This document shows positions 29,530 to 38,541 of a DNA stretch of 64,000 bases, piece by piece. Location: positions 32,001 through 96,000 of the forward strand of contig JBGPIA010000012.1 in assembly GCA_041484665.1 (NCBI GenBank), given 5' to 3'. The notes beneath the pieces were generated by a model. It made no database searches. It saw only the letters and a list, made by a program, of their open reading frames with translations, and was not told where the DNA came from. Positions within the stretch are counted from its first letter, which is position 1, and the number at the start of each line of letters is the position of its first letter. This DNA comes from Candidatus Krumholzibacteriia bacterium (GTDB taxonomy: Bacteria; Krumholzibacteriota; Krumholzibacteriia; JAJRXK01). The position numbers were made by a program, and so were the translations under genes.

Positions 29530-30999
29530 TCACTGCAACCCCACCAGCACGAGCACCAGCCCCTCGCCGTGCTTCAACGAGCCCATGGCCTTCCCCAGGA
29601 CAGCCCCCTGGGCCCGCGCGTGATCGTCGACCCTCATCGCATGCCCGGGCAACGACGAGGTCGTCAACAGATCCCCCGGCTCGATCGGCCCATTGTTCGC
29701 GGTCGCGAGGCAGTACACGCGGCCCGTCAACGCGACGGGCGAAGCGCCGCTGGCGGCCGTGCCGTCCTGCCCCATGAGCATTCCCGGCTTCACGCCCCCC
29801 GCGCCGCTGATGACCCCGGCCACGCGCCGGTCGTAGGTCGTTCGGCTGACCACCAGCTTGCCTTCGCGATCGGGGTCGATGCTGACGACCATTCCAGGCG
29901 CGACGCCCGATACCGGCTCCGACATCCCCGCCGGCGCCGCATGGCTGCCGACCGCGCCACGTCGGTCGTCGCGCGCGTCGCGGGTGGCCTGGTTCTTTTC
30001 GGTATCCCAACCCACGTTGCCCGTCCCGACGTCGAAGCGCTCGGAGAGGTCCGATCCGCCGAGGATCTCCAGCACCTTGGTGTGGGTCACCCCGGCGTTG
30101 TCGACCCAGAACTTCCAGTCGCTCCCATTGGTGGCCACGATGTAGTTCCCCGTCCCCGGGCGCTGCAGCCACAGGATCTCACCGCTGCCGTCGTTCTCCA
30201 TGTGGGTGGTGGCCCAGGTGCTGTTGTTCTGGAAGTAGCCCGCCATTCCCCCGGTGGGCTGCGTGTTCACGGCGTGCACCGTCGCGTTCTCGCGGAACTG
30301 GCCATCGCCCTCGGCCTGCAGGCTGTTCGGCGTGAGCTTGATCGGTTGCTGCCCCTCGACCCGGAAGCGCATCTCGCCGCTGGTGGCGTAGGAGATCTGT
30401 CCCGGATATGATGACGCGCTGTTGTTGAAGTTGATCGCGCCCAGCAAGGTGGGGGGATTGCCCAGGAAACTGTCGCCACGCAGCTCGAGCACCGACCCGT
30501 TGCTCGACAGCATGGACTCGAGGCGAAGCACGGACTGTAGCGCGCGGACATCCAGGGGCCACTGGGGAGTGGTCGTGCCGATCCCGACGCGCTTCTGGTC
30601 GTCGACGAACAGCCCGCGCGTCTGCAGGCTGTACGGGGTGGCCGCAACCCGCTGGCGGGGGGAGAGCGGCTGACCCGCCACGATGACTTCGAGCCATCGC
30701 TCGTTGCCGTCGAAGCCACTGACCCCGAAGTCGAGGTCGACGGTGAACAGCCCGTCGGCGACCGCGACTGCGGGAAGAATCACGGCTCCCACCGTGTTGC
30801 TTCCGGCGGGGTCGTCGTACAGCAGGAACCGCATGCTGAACTGTCCGTTGGCCGGCGTGCCGTTCTGCGTCAGCTTCCCCTGATAGGTGAACGCCGACCC
30901 CAGGGTCTGCGCAGCGAGCGCCGGGGCCGCCAGGAAGGCGAGCATGGCCACCATGGCCGTGGCCGCCCGCAGCAGCGTCTGGGAACTCTGGTTGGACAT
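29530..30999 (-). CDS. Secreted fibre-like protein (AFTYQG N-domain, C-terminal intramolecular-chaperone-like domain)
   Basis: Signal peptide, SAFTYQGKL...LSPRQRVAATPYS, VGIGTTTP repeat, GSDLSERF...VAGVISGAGG...PGDLLTTS...GKAM. Confidence 0.75.
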   Translation of the reverse strand: MSNQSSQTLLRAATAMVAMLAFLAAPALAAQTLGSAFTYQGKLTQNGTPANGQFSMRFLLYDDPAGSNTVGAVILPAVAVADGLFTVDLDFGVSGFDGNERWLEVIVAGQPLSPRQRVAATPYSLQTRGLFVDDQKRVGIGTTTPQWPLDVRALQSVLRLESMLSSNGSVLELRGDSFLGNPPTLLGAINFNNSASSYPGQISYATSGEMRFRVEGQQPIKLTPNSLQAEGDGQFRENATVHAVNTQPTGGMAGYFQNNSTWATTHMENDGSGEILWLQRPGTGNYIVATNGSDWKFWVDNAGVTHTKVLEILGGSDLSERFDVGTGNVGWDTEKNQATRDARDDRRGAVGSHAAPAGMSEPVSGVAPGMVVSIDPDREGKLVVSRTTYDRRVAGVISGAGGVKPGMLMGQDGTAASGASPVALTGRVYCLATANNGPIEPGDLLTTSSLPGHAMRVDDHARAQGAVLGKAMGSLKHGEGLVLVLVGLQ

Positions 31000-31072
31000 G
31001 GCTTGGACTCCTCGGTCGGATCGGTGTGGGGAATGGGGGGCATCCGTGCTGCGTGCGCGTTTCGCGCGACTC

Positions 31073-31708
31073 CTACCGGACCAGCGCGATCTTCTGGCGT
31101 GCATGGTGGTCACCCGCCTCGATGGTGACCACGTAGACCCCGCTGGCCACCTGGGCGCCGCTGGCGTCCGCGCCTCGCCACTGCAACGATGTGCGGCCCG
31201 CCGGGCGCCGCTCGTCCAGCAGGGTGCAGACGCGCTGGCCGCGAACGTCGAAGATGCGCAGAACCACATGCGCGGCTTGCGGGAGGTCGAACGCCAGCGT
31301 CGTCGACGGGTTGAACGGGTTGGGATGGACCGGATGGAGCTGGAATGGCAGCGGCGGAGTACCGGCGGTCGGGTCGCCTTCGCCGCCACCGACGCCGGTG
31401 GAGATCGCGCCGCCCTGCCAGAATCCTCCCGCCAGTGTGAAGGCGCCGCCGCTCATGATGCCTCCAGCGTCGGGCTGGCCTGCCGTGCACGCGATCGCGT
31501 AGGTGGCGCTCGAGCCGGCTCCGCCGCCGCCGTCGATGGTCGACCACGAGATGCCATCGAAGGTGGTTGGGGCAGCGGCGAGCGTCAGCCCCACCGCCAC
31601 CAGCAGGCCCGCGCCGGCGACCAGCGACGCCGAACGTCCTCGTTGGCGCAGCGGGAGGAGCCAGGGGCGCTTGATGGGGCGCATGACGAGGAGCATGACG
31701 GGGAGCAT
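31073..31708 (-). CDS. Secreted WSTIDGGGG/GGFW protein with FlgD-Ig (T9SS-like) C-terminal domain
   Basis: AGGAGG RBS before ATG 31708; WSTIDGGGG...GQPDAG...LAGGFW; PNPFNPSTT...VASGVY. Confidence 0.8.
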   Translation of the reverse strand: MLPVMLLVMRPIKRPWLLPLRQRGRSASLVAGAGLLVAVGLTLAAAPTTFDGISWSTIDGGGGAGSSATYAIACTAGQPDAGGIMSGGAFTLAGGFWQGGAISTGVGGGEGDPTAGTPPLPFQLHPVHPNPFNPSTTLAFDLPQAAHVVLRIFDVRGQRVCTLLDERRPAGRTSLQWRGADASGAQVASGVYVVTIEAGDHHARQKIALVR

Positions 31709-31979
31709 GACGGACCTCCTGGGCCTGATGGCGCCGGCGACCCCGTGAGGGGGTGCCCCGGTCCCGGCGGCTTCGTGCCGCGTCCCTGGACCTGACACGC
31801 CGGCTGCTGAGAGGGGAAACGCAATCCGGGTCCAGCAGGCGACATCGAATTCGCGGGGGTGGCCTGGCCCCACAGGCTTAAGCCGCCGGAACGGGCAGGG
31901 GCGTGTCGGGGTTCGCGCCCGCTTTGCGTTTCTCGGGATGCAGGCGGTCTCTGCCGACCGCCGCGAAGGGAGATCGCCC

Positions 31980-33287
31980 GTGGGGTGCATCCATGCGCTC
32001 GTTGCCGGGACGCTGAGCGTGTCGCAGCGGGGCCTCGTCCTCGCTTTGACCCTCATGCTCGTCCTCGGCCTGGCCGCCGCCTCCCGCGGCGCGCGCGCGG
32101 CCACCTTCCGCATCGAGATCGACTACATGGTGGGGAGCCACTCCCATCGGCCGCAGTCGGCGGAGATCCAGGCCGTCCAGCAGATGTTCGCGTGCCATGG
32201 GCACACGCTGGTCGTCGACGTGAGCGACGCCATCCCCCACTACGACGTGCTGAAGCTGGATCCGGGCAACTCGAACAACTTCTTCAACTACTCGGGGGTG
32301 CCCAACAGCTTCAAGGCGATCAAGAACCAGTACTACGACCACGCGGGACAGCCCGGTTGGCACTACTGCATCTTCGGGCACAACTATGAGACCGTGGACA
32401 ACTTCGGCGTATACTTCGTCACCACCAGCTCGGGGCTCGGAGCGGTCTCGGGAGACGATTTCGTCGTCACCCTGGGAAGCTTCACCGGTCAGATCGGGAC
32501 AGCGTTCGATCGCGCCGCCACGCTGGCGCACGAGTTCAGCCACAATCTGGGCCTCACCCATTGCACGCTCAGCAGCTGCCTCGTGATCGGCCCCTATGGG
32601 CCGAATCATGCGAGCATCATGAGCTACGCGTACCAGCTGCGCGGGGTGCGCACCGCCCTGCTGTGCGACGGGCTGATCCCGCCGCAGACCGCCTACCTGT
32701 TCAAGGATGTCGACTACTCGAACGGGACCATGTGCTCGCTCAACGAGAACGCCCTCGACGAGACCCTGGGAACCACCATGCAGCCGGTGGACTGGAACTG
32801 CAGCAACACGTTCAGTACGCCGGTCGCCGTGGACCTCAGCAGCGACCAGGATCTGTCGGGGCCCCGACCGGGCTGGTGCCTCAACCACGGCTCGCGCGAG
32901 ACTATCCAGGACGCAGACGAGTGGGCCTCCATCGTCGACGTGACCGCCACGAAGGCTCCGGTACAGCTCGACGATCTGCCGACCGTCTCATGCATCACTG
33001 CCGAGGAGGTCGCCAGGCAATCCGACAAGTGGTCGTGCCCGGCACCGGCGTTGGTGACGGAGGCCTGCGTGGGCGGACGCATGTTGTACGCGAGCGTCGG
33101 CGCGGGGGGCATCCCCACGGGAGACTGCGATGCGCCCTACGGATTCGTGAAAGCGGCTATGGCCGCGGCGGCGCCGAACAGTGCTCTGTTCCTGCGGCCG
33201 GGGATCTACAGTGAGACGGGGATGGGGCCGGTGGTCATGAGCCAGCCGATGTGGCTCCTCGCAGTGAAGGGCGCGCGGGTGCAGTAG
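31980..33287 (+). CDS. Secreted metzincin-type zinc metallopeptidase
   Basis: HEFSHNLGLTH, Met-turn SIMSY, signal peptide, Cys-rich. Confidence 0.8.
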   Translation: MGCIHALVAGTLSVSQRGLVLALTLMLVLGLAAASRGARAATFRIEIDYMVGSHSHRPQSAEIQAVQQMFACHGHTLVVDVSDAIPHYDVLKLDPGNSNNFFNYSGVPNSFKAIKNQYYDHAGQPGWHYCIFGHNYETVDNFGVYFVTTSSGLGAVSGDDFVVTLGSFTGQIGTAFDRAATLAHEFSHNLGLTHCTLSSCLVIGPYGPNHASIMSYAYQLRGVRTALLCDGLIPPQTAYLFKDVDYSNGTMCSLNENALDETLGTTMQPVDWNCSNTFSTPVAVDLSSDQDLSGPRPGWCLNHGSRETIQDADEWASIVDVTATKAPVQLDDLPTVSCITAEEVARQSDKWSCPAPALVTEACVGGRMLYASVGAGGIPTGDCDAPYGFVKAAMAAAAPNSALFLRPGIYSETGMGPVVMSQPMWLLAVKGARVQ

Positions 33288-33366
33288 AGGTGGCTCGCCT
33301 CTCGGCCACCCTCGCCCCGACGCGGCGGCGGCGGCAATCGTGGTAGGATTGCCGCGAGAGCCGACC

Positions 33367-36300
33367 ATGGAGCCGATGCCGCCAGAGCGCCGCTTCAGTC
33401 CTGACCGCTGGGCGCGGATCGAGCAGCTGCTCGATCGTTGCCTGGAGCTGCCTGCAGCCGACCGTGCCGCCCTGCTGGAGCGTGCGCGCGCGGACGACGC
33501 GCAGCTTTGCCGGGACGTCGAGGAGCTCCTTGCCGCGGACACCCGCGCGCAGGGGCCGCTGGACGCGGCGGCGGATGAGTTGTTCTCGGATTTGGTCGCC
33601 GCGGGCAGACGGGGATCGAACGGCTCGCCGGCCACGGCGGACGAGGCGGACGAGACAGCTCCCGGCCAGATCGGACCGTACAGAATCGTCGAGGAGATCG
33701 GCCACGGCGGCATGGGCGTCGTGTTCCTCGCCGAGCGGGCGGACGGCCAGTTCGAGCAACGCGTGGCCCTCAAGCTCGTCCGCGGCGGGCTGGACTCTCC
33801 CGAGAGCAAGCGCCGCTTCCTCCAGGAGCGCCAGATCCTGGCCCGCTTGCAGCACCCCAACATCGCCGTGCTGCTGGATGGCGGCGTCACGCCGGACGGC
33901 TTGCCGTACTTCGCCATGGAGTACGTCGCGGGCGAGCCCCTCACCCGGTACTGCGACGAGCGGCGCATGGACTTGCGCCGCAGGATCGAGCTCTTTCTTT
34001 CCGTCTGCGACGCGGTGCAGCACGCCCACCAGAGCCTGGTGGTCCACCGCGATCTAAAGCCCGCCAACATCCTGGTCACCGCGACGGGCGAGGTGAAGCT
34101 TCTGGACTTCGGCATCGCGGCGCTGCTGGAGCACGATGACGCATTCGCGCAGCAGACGCAGCAGATGCTGCGCCTGACTCCGGAGTACGCGTCACCCGAG
34201 CAGCTGCGCGCCGAGCCGGTCACGACCGCCACCGATGTCTATAACCTGGGGCTGATCCTCTACGATCTGCTGACAGGGTGCCGTCCCCATGCAGCGCGGA
34301 GCTCCTCCCTGCTGGCCCTGCAGCATGCGATCCTCGAGCAGGATCCGTTGCCGCCCAGCCGGACCGTTCGTGCGGCCGCAGCCCGCGGACACGCGGAGGG
34401 CGCGCGCCCGGCTGAATCCGGTGAGGAGATCGCGGCGCGGCGCGCAACGACCCCCCTCGCGCTGGAGCGCCACCTGCGCGGAGACCTGGACAATATCCTG
34501 CTCATGACCCTGCGGCGGGAGCCTCGAGAGCGTTATGCCTCCGCAGAGGCGCTGCGGCACGACCTGGACCGCTACCTCACGCACCAGCCGGTGACGGCCA
34601 GCGGTGGCTCCACTGCCTATCGGCTTCGCAAGTACTACCGTCGCCATCGCGCCTCGATGGTGGCGCTCGCGGCGGTCTTCGCCTCGCTCGTGGCCGGTCT
34701 GCTCGGCATGAACTGGCAGGCCCGCCGCGCTGCCCGTGAGCGCGACCGCGCCCGCCAGGCCGAAGCGCGGGCCGTCGCCATCAACGAGTTCCTCGTCGAC
34801 GAGATGCTCGAAGGCGCGTCGCCCGAGCAGGCGCGCGGGCGCGAGCTCACCGTGCACGAGGTGCTGGGCACGGCGGCGCGACGCGTCGAGCAGGCGTTCG
34901 CCGGGGACCCCGCGCTGGAGGCGTCGCTGCGCGAAACGATCGGGCAGACCTACTCGGCCCTGGGGGACTACGAGGCGGCGCAGGCGCATCTGGAGCGATC
35001 CGTCGCCATCCTGACCGCGACCCGCGGCGAAGAGGATCCGCAAACCCTGGCAGCGGCCGCGCTGCTGGGCCAGGTGCTGGCGCGGCGTGGAGATTACGTC
35101 CGGGCCAGCGCGATCCTCACCACCACACTCGAGCGGCAGCGGCGCCTTCTGGGAGGAGAGCATCTCGACACGCTCGGCAGCGAGGGGATGCTGGCCGGGT
35201 TGCTCATCAGCCAGGGTGAGTATCTCGCCGCGGAGCGACGCCTCAGGCCGCTGATCGAGCAGCTGCGACGGCTGCATCCAGAGGAATGGCACCTGATCAC
35301 CACCAACGGGAGGCGCCTCGCCGGCGCGCTGGACATGCAGCGCAAGAGCGCGGAGGCGGAGGCGGTCTGTCGCGAGACCCTCGCGCTGCAGCGGGAGAAG
35401 CTCGGTGCGGATCATCCCGACGTCTCGGGCACGATGGAGCTGCTCGCCAGCATCCTGATGCGCCTCGACCGGTTCGCGGAGAGCGTCCGGCTGGAAGAGG
35501 AGGTGTTCGCGCGCAACCAACGCGTGCTGGGCGAGGAGCACCCGGGGACGCTGCGCTCCGCTCGCGTGCTGTCCAACGGCTATTGGCAACAGGGAAAGCC
35601 CGCCCGCGCCGAGTCGTTGGCACGGCGGACGGTGGAGGTCAGTACGCGCGTCCTGGGACCGGAGCACCCCGAGACCGTCTCGGTCATGACGAACCTGGGG
35701 ATCTTTCTCCGCTACGAGAACCGCCTCGGGGAGGCGGAGCGCATCTACCGGCAGGTCCTGGACATCAACCGCCGCACGTTGGGCGAGGAGCATCCTTCGG
35801 CCATCAAGGCGCTGAAGAACCTCAATATCCTCCTCCTCCGCGCCGGACGCGAACGGGAGGCCGCGCAGGTCACCGAACAGATCATCGCGGTCAGCAGCCG
35901 GGTCGTAGCGCGGCCCGACTGCGACGCGACTGCCCTCAACGACTTTGCGTGGTTCCTGCTGGAGGGCGACTTGCCGCAGTACCGCGACCCCGCCCGGGCT
36001 CTGCAGCTTGCCGAGCGGGCGGTCACGCTCAGCGAGCACAAGCAGATCGAGTTCCTCGACACGCTGTCGCATGCCTGTCAACGCACCGGCGACCTGGCGC
36101 GCGCCATCGCCATCCAGCGGGAGGCCATGGCGCTCCCGGATGCCGTCCATCGCAATGGGCTGGAGGCGTGGATGATCCAGCTCCTCGAGCAGGCGGGGGA
36201 CCCTGCGGCGGTGGAGGATTTCCTGCGCGAGAATCTGAAGAGGCGCAGGGAGCTGCGCTCGCCCGACGATCTGCTCATCGCGATGTCGCTGCGCCTGCTG

Positions 36301-36627
36301 GGCAGGCACGAACTGCAGCAGCGCCGTTTCGAGGAGGCGCGGCGGCAGTTCGCCGCAGCCATGGAGCAGTTCCGCAAGACGCTGCCCGAGGCGCACTGGC
36401 AGGTGGCCCGCGCGCGCAACGAGCTGGGCGCCGCGTTGCTGGGCCTGGGCCGCACCGCCGAAGCGGAAACGCTATTGGTACGATCCTGCGAGACGCTGAC
36501 TGCCAATCCGGCCGCGGTCCAAAGCGCCGGGGAGGAAGCCATCGAGCGCGTCATCGGCTTGTACGAGCTGCTGCAGCGCCCGGAGCGGGTCGCCTTCTGG
36601 CAGTCCCGCCGCGGGCGGCCACGCTGA
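33367..36627 (+). CDS. Ser/Thr protein kinase with TM and TPR repeats
   Basis: IGHGGMGVV, VALK, HRDLKPAN, DFG; LGxEHPxT TPR repeats. Confidence 0.95.
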   Translation: MEPMPPERRFSPDRWARIEQLLDRCLELPAADRAALLERARADDAQLCRDVEELLAADTRAQGPLDAAADELFSDLVAAGRRGSNGSPATADEADETAPGQIGPYRIVEEIGHGGMGVVFLAERADGQFEQRVALKLVRGGLDSPESKRRFLQERQILARLQHPNIAVLLDGGVTPDGLPYFAMEYVAGEPLTRYCDERRMDLRRRIELFLSVCDAVQHAHQSLVVHRDLKPANILVTATGEVKLLDFGIAALLEHDDAFAQQTQQMLRLTPEYASPEQLRAEPVTTATDVYNLGLILYDLLTGCRPHAARSSSLLALQHAILEQDPLPPSRTVRAAAARGHAEGARPAESGEEIAARRATTPLALERHLRGDLDNILLMTLRREPRERYASAEALRHDLDRYLTHQPVTASGGSTAYRLRKYYRRHRASMVALAAVFASLVAGLLGMNWQARRAARERDRARQAEARAVAINEFLVDEMLEGASPEQARGRELTVHEVLGTAARRVEQAFAGDPALEASLRETIGQTYSALGDYEAAQAHLERSVAILTATRGEEDPQTLAAAALLGQVLARRGDYVRASAILTTTLERQRRLLGGEHLDTLGSEGMLAGLLISQGEYLAAERRLRPLIEQLRRLHPEEWHLITTNGRRLAGALDMQRKSAEAEAVCRETLALQREKLGADHPDVSGTMELLASILMRLDRFAESVRLEEEVFARNQRVLGEEHPGTLRSARVLSNGYWQQGKPARAESLARRTVEVSTRVLGPEHPETVSVMTNLGIFLRYENRLGEAERIYRQVLDINRRTLGEEHPSAIKALKNLNILLLRAGREREAAQVTEQIIAVSSRVVARPDCDATALNDFAWFLLEGDLPQYRDPARALQLAERAVTLSEHKQIEFLDTLSHACQRTGDLARAIAIQREAMALPDAVHRNGLEAWMIQLLEQAGDPAAVEDFLRENLKRRRELRSPDDLLIAMSLRLLGRHELQQRRFEEARRQFAAAMEQFRKTLPEAHWQVARARNELGAALLGLGRTAEAETLLVRSCETLTANPAAVQSAGEEAIERVIGLYELLQRPERVAFWQSRRGRPR

Positions 36628-36710
36628 TCGATCGCGGGCGCCGGCACAGTCGTGCGCGACCGGGGCAGTGGACTTGCGAGTTCGATCGGTCGTCCGCAGC
36701 CGCCGCCCGG

Positions 36711-37283
36711 TCACGCCACATCGCGATCGTTCAGCTCGCGGTAAAGGAACATGCGCGCCTTGCGCCAGTCGCGCTCGACGGTACGGCTGTCGACGCCGAG
36801 CGCTTCGGCGGTCTCCTCCACGGACAATCCGCCGAAGAAGCGCAGCTCCACGACCTGGTTGAGCCGCTCGCTCACGGCACGCAGGCGCCGCATCGCCTGG
36901 TCGAGCTCGATGATCTCGGCGGCGCGCGCTTCGACGCGCAGCTCGTTGTCGTCGATGGCCGTCTCGTGGACGCCACCGCCCCGCTTCAGCGCGAGCTGCC
37001 GGCGCGCGTAGTCGATGAGGATCTGCCGCATGGCCGTTGCCGCGACGGCGTAGAAGTGGCCGCGGTCCTTCCAGGTCGTCTGCGCGTGATTGACCAGCTT
37101 GAGGTAGGCCTCGTGCACCACAGCCGTCGGGCTCAGGGTGTGACCGCTGGCGCGCGGCCCGAGCTGGCGGCGCGCGATGGCGCGCAACTCGGCGTAGACG
37201 TGGGGAAGGAGCTGATCGAGCGCCTGCGCATCCCCCTCGCGGGAAGCGATCAGCAGCTGCGTGATGTCGTGGCTTGTTTCCAT
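36711..37283 (-). CDS. Kinase-associated ECF sigma factor (ECF43/TIGR02999-like)
   Basis: HDITQLL, HTLSPTAVVHEAYLKL, VELRFFGGLSVEETAEAL, RTVERDW. Confidence 0.92.
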   Translation of the reverse strand: METSHDITQLLIASREGDAQALDQLLPHVYAELRAIARRQLGPRASGHTLSPTAVVHEAYLKLVNHAQTTWKDRGHFYAVAATAMRQILIDYARRQLALKRGGGVHETAIDDNELRVEARAAEIIELDQAMRRLRAVSERLNQVVELRFFGGLSVEETAEALGVDSRTVERDWRKARMFLYRELNDRDVA

Positions 37284-37301
37284 CGGGATGCGCCTGGATC
37301 G

Positions 37302-37823
37302 TCACGCAACCTCTATACAATCCCACCGTGGTTCCGGCCGCCCCATCCAAAGCCAAGCGATGAAGTCCGTCATGGGCGGCTCCCCTCCCGCGAGGCGCAA
37401 CATGGTAGCGACCTGCCCGCGGTGATGGGTCGTATGCAGCACGATCTGGAGAATCGTCTCACCCATGGTGGCTGGCCCCGCGCTACCGAAGCGCTTCACC
37501 ACCTGTGCAGCCCACGGGATCTCGACGGTCTGGCGGAGCGTCGGCTCTTGGAGCGTTCCCGCGTACGTCCGCAGCTCACGATAGTAGCCGCGTGCCCACC
37601 GGCCAAGCGAGCGCAAGTCCGAGAAACTCGACAGCTCGAGGATGGACAGCGCTTCGCCGCGCCACATCTGCAGGTAGGCCCGCTGCGTCGAATGGAAGTG
37701 ATGCAGACGCTCGCGTAGCTGCCGTTCCTGCTCCAACGAGGCGACGCCGAGAGCCGCCTTCCAGATGAGCGCGTCTGCCCACTCCATGTGATGGATCAGG
37801 CTCGCAACCTCGCCCGGCGTCAT
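37302..37823 (-). CDS. DinB-family protein
   Basis: HMEWAD, LHHF, LHTTHHRGQV. Confidence 0.85.
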   Translation of the reverse strand: MTPGEVASLIHHMEWADALIWKAALGVASLEQERQLRERLHHFHSTQRAYLQMWRGEALSILELSSFSDLRSLGRWARGYYRELRTYAGTLQEPTLRQTVEIPWAAQVVKRFGSAGPATMGETILQIVLHTTHHRGQVATMLRLAGGEPPMTDFIAWLWMGRPEPRWDCIEVA

Positions 37824-37917
37824 TGCAGCCCCCTCGAATGCTGCGTCCAGCCCTGTGGCCAGCCCTGTGGCCAGCCTAGCGGGCCGCTGAAACCGCACAT
37901 GTCGGTGAGCGATGCGC

Positions 37918-38124
37918 TCACCTGTGCTTCTCGCCGGCGAATAACAGCCACGCGGCCCAGACGCAGTAGCCGGTCGCAGCGGGGAGGCCGACGAAGGACA
38001 AGGCAACGGGGATCGTCGTCGTGCCGACTACGATACGCCAATGGTACAGCAGCCTCAAGAGATGGAAGATCCCCACCAGAAGGAAGATCGTGCCGGAGAG
38101 CGCCAGATACAGCTTCTTGCTCAT
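37918..38124 (-). CDS. Small two-TM membrane protein
   Basis: MSKKLYLALSGTIFLLVGIFHLLRL; GGAG RBS. Confidence 0.7.
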   Translation of the reverse strand: MSKKLYLALSGTIFLLVGIFHLLRLLYHWRIVVGTTTIPVALSFVGLPAATGYCVWAAWLLFAGEKHR

Positions 38125-38541
38125 CTCATCGCTCCAAACCGTCGTTTGACACGCGGTCCAGGGGGGAACGCTCCGCGATGCACGCCCGGCTGCGCTGCGC
38201 AGGCTCTTCGGGGCGACGCCGAAGCCCGCCGGGAAAGATAGGGCGCTCGAGCGCGCGGGTCGAGCGCAGCTGTTCAAATGTCGCCGACCGCAGCCGGGAA
38301 AGGATCGGTGCGCTCATCGCCTGCGCGACCGCGCCGAGAAGGAAGTTAGTGAAATAGCTCGTTTTGTAGTCGAGGGGGCGGCCTCTGCCGGCCAAATCGC
38401 CGCAGGGCACCGTCCTGGGCGTGGCACTTTCTCCCAGCTGGTGCGACAGACCAAGGTGTACACTTCGCAGGGGCGCGAGCCTTCTGCTCCCAGACGTCCG
38501 CCCCGGGCGCGCTTTGCTCCTGCATAAAGGAGTTCTCGAGC

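Noticed and set aside
27166..30411. 1081-aa plus-strand ORF (also 54515..58429, 3057..5657, 278..1828 and similar)
   Set aside because: Antisense or off-frame shadows of well-supported genes in high-GC DNA; no motifs
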